Shown here piece by piece: positions 58,244 through 64,000 of a stretch of DNA of 64,000 nucleotides. Location of the stretch: positions 992,001-1,056,000 of the forward strand of contig CBDBLO010000002.1 of NCBI GenBank assembly GCA_965207075.1, written 5' to 3'. The position numbers and the translations under genes were made by a program. Position 1 is the stretch's first letter. Every line of letters begins with the position of its first letter. The notes below the pieces were generated by a model. That model saw nothing but the letters and a program-made list of their open reading frames with translations, was not told where the DNA came from and did not search any database. This stretch comes from Nitrosopumilus sp. (lineage in GTDB: Archaea > Thermoproteota > Nitrososphaeria > Nitrososphaerales > Nitrosopumilaceae).

Positions 58244-59083
58244 CTACTTGCGCCTGCCGGCTCGCTTCTTGCCGCCCTTTGGACTGTTTAGGTGGTTTCT
58301 GATGATGGCGTCTGCCATTTTTGAGACGTCCCTGTCCTCGTTTGCGGCCATCTTTTGCAGCTTTTTGGCGTTCGTCTTGCTGAGTGTGACCATAATCTTT
58401 TGCCTCAAAAGCCCGCGCCTCGCACGCTCAAGCAGCGTCTTGTGGGCGGATCTCGGGCTTGCCGCGAGCGCGCGCAGGTATCTTCCCCTAAGCCTGGGCT
58501 CCAGCGGCTCCACCCTGTCGACTATCTTCAGGGCCTTTGAGACGTTCGGCACGGCCTGGTACAGCCTGGTCGCGTCGTTGCGCGTGATCTTTTCCGGCAC
58601 GCATGCCTTGAGCTTTTCCGGCACCGCAGCGAATCCGAGAAAACTCCTGAGCGTCTGGGGCGCTATGCCGAGCAGCTGGGCGGCCTTTGTCTTCCCCATC
58701 GACCCCGCAATATCCACGCACGCGCGCGTCATGTCCCGGGGGTTCATCTTGTTTCGGTGCAGGTTCTCTACCACCGACGCCGCCCTTGCATCGTCAAGGT
58801 CGTACCTTGTGGACGCAGTCAGCACCAGGGCGGGGATCTTCTTTGCCCGCAGTCGTTTCAAGGCCGCCAGCCTGCGCTGGCCCGACATGAGCAGGTACTC
58901 CCTGCCCTGTTTTTGCACCATGGGGGGGTTCTGGAGCCCCTCGTTCCTTATTGATCTTGCGAGCTCGGTTATTCCCTTGCGATCAAGGCCGCGTGCCTGG
59001 GCGTCCTTCCACACCTTGATCTGCCTTACTGGGATCTCGCGCAGCCTGTATGATATGGGGGACTTGAACCTCCTCTGCCTCAT
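58244..59083 (-). CDS. ParB/Srx-domain protein with HTH and C-terminal RHH-like segment
   Basis: LARSIRNEGLQNPP, SGQRRLAA, VENLHR. Confidence 0.88.
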   Translation of the reverse strand: MRQRRFKSPISYRLREIPVRQIKVWKDAQARGLDRKGITELARSIRNEGLQNPPMVQKQGREYLLMSGQRRLAALKRLRAKKIPALVLTASTRYDLDDARAASVVENLHRNKMNPRDMTRACVDIAGSMGKTKAAQLLGIAPQTLRSFLGFAAVPEKLKACVPEKITRNDATRLYQAVPNVSKALKIVDRVEPLEPRLRGRYLRALAASPRSAHKTLLERARRGLLRQKIMVTLSKTNAKKLQKMAANEDRDVSKMADAIIRNHLNSPKGGKKRAGRRK

Positions 59084-59157
59084 ACGCGACGGTGTAACAT
59101 TTGGCTAAATTAGTATTTCTTGGATCCGACGCCTGCCTCAGGCTTCGTTCTAGCGCC

Positions 59158-59200
59158 GTACCCCGCACGTCGCCACCGGTAGTACCCCGCACGTCGCCAC
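59158..59200. repeat. Short direct repeat GTACCCCGCACGTCGCCAC x2 (24-bp period)
   Basis: Seen directly downstream of cofC. Confidence 0.8.
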
Positions 59201-59210
59201 GGGCCGCCCC

Positions 59211-59882
59211 CTACCTCCTGCCTGCTATGCGCTCTATCTGGACTGCGACGTGCGGCTTTTCGCCACTGTTTGCAAGCAGGAACCTCAGGTCGTCCATTGT
59301 ATCTACGTCCATCATTATCCTCCTCACGAACACGGGGGCCACGTTTCTCGTGCACTCGCCTGCCATCCTGACGTGCTCCCTGTAGCTGTCGTTGTCGTAG
59401 CGCGTTCCCATCAGATCGGCCGGCATCCTTACGAGGGCGTTGGTGCCGTCAAACTTCCTCGACGGCACGACGACTGCAAAGTTGGGCGGCGCTGCAAACC
59501 TCATCATAAAGTCAATGTCCTGCGCCTTGATGTATGGTATGTCCTGCGGCATGACTATGGACGCGTCGTACCCGTCTTGTATGATGCGCCTGTCTGCCAG
59601 CGCCACTGCCTCGTTGACGCCCCTCTCGCGCTCGTCGCGTATGGTCGTTATGCCTGGGCCGCCTCTTTTCCCTGACCTGCGCCCGAACTCTGCGACTATC
59701 CTCTCGGCCTCTGGCTCCTTGGTCACTACAAACGTGTGGTCTATGTGGCTGGACGTGGACACAACGCCTATGATCTCCCTTAGCATCACCCCGCACAGTT
59801 CTGCCACCTCTGAGGCGCCAAGCCCTAGGCGCGTCTTTGCTTCCTCGAACCTCTTGACTGGTATGATTGCCGCCGTCCTCAA
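59211..59882 (-). CDS. cofC: F420 pathway guanylyltransferase CofC
   Basis: IIPVK..AKTRL, DGTNAL, DVDTMDDL; follows cofD. Confidence 0.92.
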   Translation of the reverse strand: MRTAAIIPVKRFEEAKTRLGLGASEVAELCGVMLREIIGVVSTSSHIDHTFVVTKEPEAERIVAEFGRRSGKRGGPGITTIRDERERGVNEAVALADRRIIQDGYDASIVMPQDIPYIKAQDIDFMMRFAAPPNFAVVVPSRKFDGTNALVRMPADLMGTRYDNDSYREHVRMAGECTRNVAPVFVRRIMMDVDTMDDLRFLLANSGEKPHVAVQIERIAGRR

Positions 59883-59957
59883 CTGAGGTCACCACTGCAT
59901 TGGTGTAATTATACTTGGGCCGTCCGCGCCGCGTCCGCGCCTTGCCGCGACAAGACG

Positions 59958-60887
59958 TCACGCGTGTACCTGCTTTGTGACAAAGCTGGCTAGCGCCTCC
60001 TCTGCGGCCTTGTTCTTCATGGTGATCTTCGTTTCGTATACGCTCATGTCCAGGCTGCGTATCTTTTTTGCAAGCGCCTTGTCCTTTGTGTCTATTACAA
60101 TGTTGGAGCATACGTCCGAGTACATCTTTGCAAGCCCGTACGCGTTGGACTCGATTCCTGCCGCCTTCATGTACTTTGCGGCCGGTCCGGTTATGGAATT
60201 GTCTCCAATCAACGGGCTTATGGCGACCACCTTTTTCTTTGCCCTTGCAAGCTCCTTTTTTATCCCCTTTATCTGCAGCATGGGACCTATTGACGTGAGC
60301 GGGTTTCCGGGGGCGAGTATCACAAGCTTTGAATTCTGTATCGCGTTGACGGCCTCTGGGTTTGGACGCGCCTTTTCTGCGCCGATATACTGTATGCCCT
60401 CGACCTCGTCGCGCCCCCTGTACTTGACCCAGTATTCCTGGAGGTGCATCTCGCCCTTGCTCGTACTTATCCTGGTCTCTATGGTGTTGTCCGTGACGGG
60501 AATTATGTTGACGCCCACTGCAAACCTCTCACACATCCACTTTGTAATGTCCGTTAGGTTTTTTCCGTTCTTGAGCATGTTGGTTCTGATCAGGTGGGTT
60601 GCCGCGTCCCTGTCGCCCATCCTAAACCACGTTTCCTCGCCGAACACCTCCATCTGCCGCAGAAAGTTAAACGTGTCCTTTTTGACCCCCCACCCCCTCT
60701 CCTGGTCAAGCAGGTCTGCCAGGCCGTACATTATGGTGTCTATGTCGGGGCAGACATACAGCCCGTACAGCCAGTAGTTGTCGCCGACGTTACTTATCAC
60801 GTTGACCTTGGATTCCTGAGCTGCCAGCCCCCTGACCATCTTCACAGAGCCCGTGCCGCCCGCTAGTACCGTTATCACGTCAGCCAT
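59958..60887 (-). CDS. cofD: 2-phospho-L-lactate transferase CofD
   Basis: LAGGTGSVK, VCPDIDT, GDRD.ATH, NPLTSIGP. Confidence 0.95.
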   Translation of the reverse strand: MADVITVLAGGTGSVKMVRGLAAQESKVNVISNVGDNYWLYGLYVCPDIDTIMYGLADLLDQERGWGVKKDTFNFLRQMEVFGEETWFRMGDRDAATHLIRTNMLKNGKNLTDITKWMCERFAVGVNIIPVTDNTIETRISTSKGEMHLQEYWVKYRGRDEVEGIQYIGAEKARPNPEAVNAIQNSKLVILAPGNPLTSIGPMLQIKGIKKELARAKKKVVAISPLIGDNSITGPAAKYMKAAGIESNAYGLAKMYSDVCSNIVIDTKDKALAKKIRSLDMSVYETKITMKNKAAEEALASFVTKQVHA

Positions 60888-61024
60888 CTTCCTCCAAAAC
60901 TATGGGCTACGTCGGCTCTGCTCCATATTTAGTTTTGGAAATTGCATGCACAAGACGCGCGCAAGACCGTAACCGTCGGCCATCTTTCCAAAGTCGCGGA
61001 GGTTTAAAGATCGCGGCGCGTTAT

Positions 61025-61136
61025 GGTTGCAAGCCACCCTGATTGTGTGGCCGCTGCGCCAATAAACCTCCAAAGGAGGCGTGGCAAAGAACACAAAGGA
61101 CGTGGGACGAATCGAGTTGACGCGCGTGTTGCGGTT
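61025..61136 (+). ncRNA. Candidate small structured RNA
   Basis: TTTAAAGA box at 61003; hairpins GCCAC/GTGGC and CCTCC-AAA-GGAGG; complementary ends. Confidence 0.3.
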
Positions 61137-61850
61137 CCCCCCCCCCATCCCCCCTTCGCGCATGCGCGCGAAAAACGGCAGGGCAAAAACACACTGCGCA
61201 TATCACGTTTGGCGCGGTGGCTAGACGCGTAGAGGCTGCAATTAGCAGTCCTGCAGCGCACTAGAATTAAGTTTGCGCGGCTGGCGCCTTTTTGCGCCTG
61301 CACGCGTCTGTCTTGGCCGGCCTTGCGTGACCGCGCCCCGTCCTTTTCATGCCGGCAACCTGTTGGCACTCGATCTTCCCTACGCCCCCACAGATTCCAC
61401 GGTCCGCTGGCAGCTTGGTGGGCATGGGCCGCTGACCTCTCACCATACTCCGACCCGTCCAAGACCCCGCCGCCGTTTTCTGGAGGCTGGACCAGCTGCG
61501 GCCGGACTTCTCCACATTCCTGATATGCGGCGCCGCGGCGGCGGCGGCGGCGGCGGGGTGACGCGTCCGCCGCATCGATGCGGGGCCGTCGTGCAACGGC
61601 CGCCTCGGAGGGTGCTTGGCGGGGCTGCATGCATGTTCAGCTCGTGCAAATCCAAAACCTGCCGGCAAGTCCATTTCGCGCCGGCTCGCCGAAACTGCGT
61701 GGGCGTTACCGTCGTCTCTGCCTTGTATGGGCCCGCGCTCTCCGTGGAATCTGAGAGCGGAAGCAGGCAGGCACGAATTTTCAAGGGGCCCGAGCCCGGG
61801 CTTTATTTTGCAAGATAGATTTATTACTCTATTTATGCCAATCGTATCAT

Positions 61851-63083
61851 ATGAATAGAGTATTTCTTGTGGTGGGTCTTGCCGCCGCCGCCGGCCTGCT
61901 CACTCTTGGAGGGGGCGCCTCCGACTCGTGGGCCGCCCAACTTGACGCTACCATAATCCCGACTGCAGATACCTCGCCCTTTAAGATGAGCTATCTGAAG
62001 ACCATTCACATATGGTACGAGAATGGCGGGGTGCTGGTCGACGAGCTGCAAGGAAACGACATCACCGTATCGGGCCAGTATGATTCCAGCCATCCTGACG
62101 TGCAGTCCCTAATCAATAGGCTCAACGCGGCCATACTCCAGAGCGGCAGTCAGGTCAGCATATCCGACATGGACGTGGACTATACGTTCGCACTCTACGG
62201 CGGCGACGAGCGTGCGTCGCTAGACTACAAGATTATTCTGACTGGGACGCTTGTGAACTATGTAATTACGCAGGACACCCAGAAGACACTCGTTGATCTG
62301 GGCTGGAGGGGACTCTCAGTTGACGGCAGCGTTATGATTGACGGCCAGGAGATCAATGATCCGTTTACGTTTGTAGCGGACAACCTGCCAGTGACGCGGG
62401 ACACGATATCCGGGACCGCCGGAGAGCGCATATTCGACGAGTATCTGCTTAATGCCGACTTTGTCCTGGAACAACCGCTTGAGAACTGGCACTTTCTGTT
62501 CGACCCGACTGGAATCAACGTCGATGCCGGAACCTTCGGACTAGGCGATGAGATATCAGGCTTTGTAAAGTCGAGCTGGACCATGGGCGAGAGCAACCTT
62601 CAGCAGGGAAGGCAGGTCGAACGAATCGAGGAGGAGATCATAATGGTTGATCAAGAATACGTGGTAAAGAGCATACAGTCCCCCGACCAGGGCAACCTGA
62701 ACATAATCGGATACGGCGTCATTGACATCCTTGAGGGAGTTGAGATTGCAGGCGTGACGTCCACTGCGCCTAGCAATACGGCCACGGGCGACTTTCCAAT
62801 AATGATCATATATGGCATGGCCGGAATGGCCGCCGTCGCGGGCATTGCGTTCTTTTTCGTAAGCAATCGCGCACTAAAGAACGAAAAGCAGGGCCAGCAG
62901 GGGATAGACCCCACCCACCTCGTGGGATACCAGACCAGCTCGGCGTCCGGGGGATACCAGACGAACAGGGGCGAGGCCCAGCTGAAGGGCGACGTGGATT
63001 ATCAAAAGACGCGCAGCCATTACGAGCAGGACCCGACGCGGCAGCAGCAGCAGAGTGAGTCCAGCTCGAGGGCCCCCGTGTGA
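61851..63083 (+). CDS. Single-pass membrane protein with signal peptide; ends at a TGA ahead of an in-frame Cys-rich module
   Basis: N-terminal signal peptide, acidic ectodomain, TM helix (IIYGMAGMAAVAGIAFFFV), cytoplasmic tail. Confidence 0.88.
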   Translation: MNRVFLVVGLAAAAGLLTLGGGASDSWAAQLDATIIPTADTSPFKMSYLKTIHIWYENGGVLVDELQGNDITVSGQYDSSHPDVQSLINRLNAAILQSGSQVSISDMDVDYTFALYGGDERASLDYKIILTGTLVNYVITQDTQKTLVDLGWRGLSVDGSVMIDGQEINDPFTFVADNLPVTRDTISGTAGERIFDEYLLNADFVLEQPLENWHFLFDPTGINVDAGTFGLGDEISGFVKSSWTMGESNLQQGRQVERIEEEIIMVDQEYVVKSIQSPDQGNLNIIGYGVIDILEGVEIAGVTSTAPSNTATGDFPIMIIYGMAGMAAVAGIAFFFVSNRALKNEKQGQQGIDPTHLVGYQTSSASGGYQTNRGEAQLKGDVDYQKTRSHYEQDPTRQQQQSESSSRAPV

Positions 63084-63230
63084 ACGGCGGAGGGCGCCGC
63101 GTGCGGGTGCGCCGCGTCCGTCGAGATGAGCTCCGAGTGTGACTGCCAGATGCAGGCCTCGTGCATCTGCGACCACACGTGCCCGTGCGGCGCCGATCTC
63201 TGCGAAGAGATGGCCGAAAGCATGAGATGA
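63084..63230 (+). other. In-frame metallothionein-like module (48 codons, 9 Cys) after the TGA
   Basis: TAEGAACGCAASVEMSSECDCQMQASCICDHTCPCGADLCEEMAESMR*; aligns with 23331-23465. Confidence 0.8.
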
Positions 63231-63793
63231 TGATGCTGCGGCCGGCCTGCTGCCCTGCGGTTGTGCACAAAGCCGTTTTTTGCCGCCGCCGCTACTGGGA
63301 TGCGGGTCTGGTGGCGCCGGCGGCGCCGATGGCCAGCCAGGTGCCGGCGGACGTCTTGTTGGTGTGTGCTGAGAGTAACCCTCCTTCTGTTCTCGCGACA
63401 TTTCGCTTTGCGGCCCACCTGAGCCTGGTACAGGTCCTGCGGCTCCGTTTGGCCTTTCTCCGTGCGGGTCGGCTTCTTTCACTCCGTTCATGGGAACCTC
63501 AGGGTCTGCCATCACAGTGCCCCATGTTGGATCATTTTCTGCTCCGTTGCCAGCCGTCTCCGACTATCCATCTCCGGATCACACCCCTGTATGGAGGGAG
63601 GAGTTTCCTCTGCCGTGGCAGCGTTCGCGCTTCAGCTCACACGGTGTGCCCGGCGCATGGGCCTATAATCTGTGTTTCGCCGGATCTCTTTGGCGGTGGC
63701 GGTGATGGCTGCCGTTGCTGCCGCTGCTGCTATGGCGGCTGTGCGGTGCCGCAGAGCCCTGCCCTGCCCCCGGCTGCCGCTCCGGCCAGCATG

Positions 63794-64000
63794 TCACTCT
63801 GCGGGCTTTCTTCCCCTCAGAAACAGCGTTCCGGTATTCCTCTTCCATGCGTCCTTGGCGGCCGGGTCCTTGAGGCGCCTGGACCTCACCTCGAACCCCG
63901 CCCCGGCCAGCATGTCTTTCCACTCGCCCTCGGAGTACAGGTGCATCGTAATCCCCATGGCCGCCGCCCACCTCCTTGTGGACGTGTTTTCCGAGTAAAA
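63794..64000 (-). CDS. 3' end of a probable class I SAM-dependent methyltransferase (partial)
   Basis: FYSEN..MHLYSEGEWKDMLAGAGF..TLFLRGRK C-terminal pattern. Confidence 0.6.
   Translation of the reverse strand, partial: FYSENTSTRRWAAAMGITMHLYSEGEWKDMLAGAGFEVRSRRLKDPAAKDAWKRNTGTLFLRGRKPAE

Noticed and set aside
61270-61530. RNase P RNA on the minus strand (GGAGAAGTCC)
   Set aside because: Only a partial match to the 5' conserved region, with no complementary 3' ACAGAA..GGCUUA region.
63081-63083. Selenocysteine codon
   Set aside because: No recognisable SECIS, the TGA is not at a Cys position of the module, and Sec machinery is not established for this lineage.

Overview
GC-rich archaeal chromosome segment whose gene content and order point to an ammonia-oxidising thaumarchaeon (Nitrosopumilaceae). 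The GC level, IS load and in-frame microsatellite expansions suggest a Cenarchaeum-like host-associated lineage, but that is inference. The core backbone holds ribosomal protein genes, alaS, leuS, nusA, aIF5A, aIF1A, archaeal shikimate genes, mqnC/ubiD-like genes, cofC/cofD, scpA/scpB and four tRNAs, including a two-intron tRNA-Gln. Accessory DNA comprises an ISH3-like IS, a 4.7-kb IS6-family element with 30-bp TIRs and an 8-bp TSD carrying a methyltransferase-HNH fusion and a putative toxin-antitoxin pair, and a decayed tandem integrative island at tRNA-Arg with IS5, IS110 and IS481-like elements. The most notable signal absent from the ORF track is a family of about 45-aa Cys-rich metallothionein-like modules present three times: two stand-alone genes with a shared promoter layout, and one in frame behind a TGA at the end of a membrane protein. 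There are also two candidate structured ncRNAs and a pair of KGTLPKGF-motif repeat proteins. No database searches were run; all calls come from motif recognition by eye.
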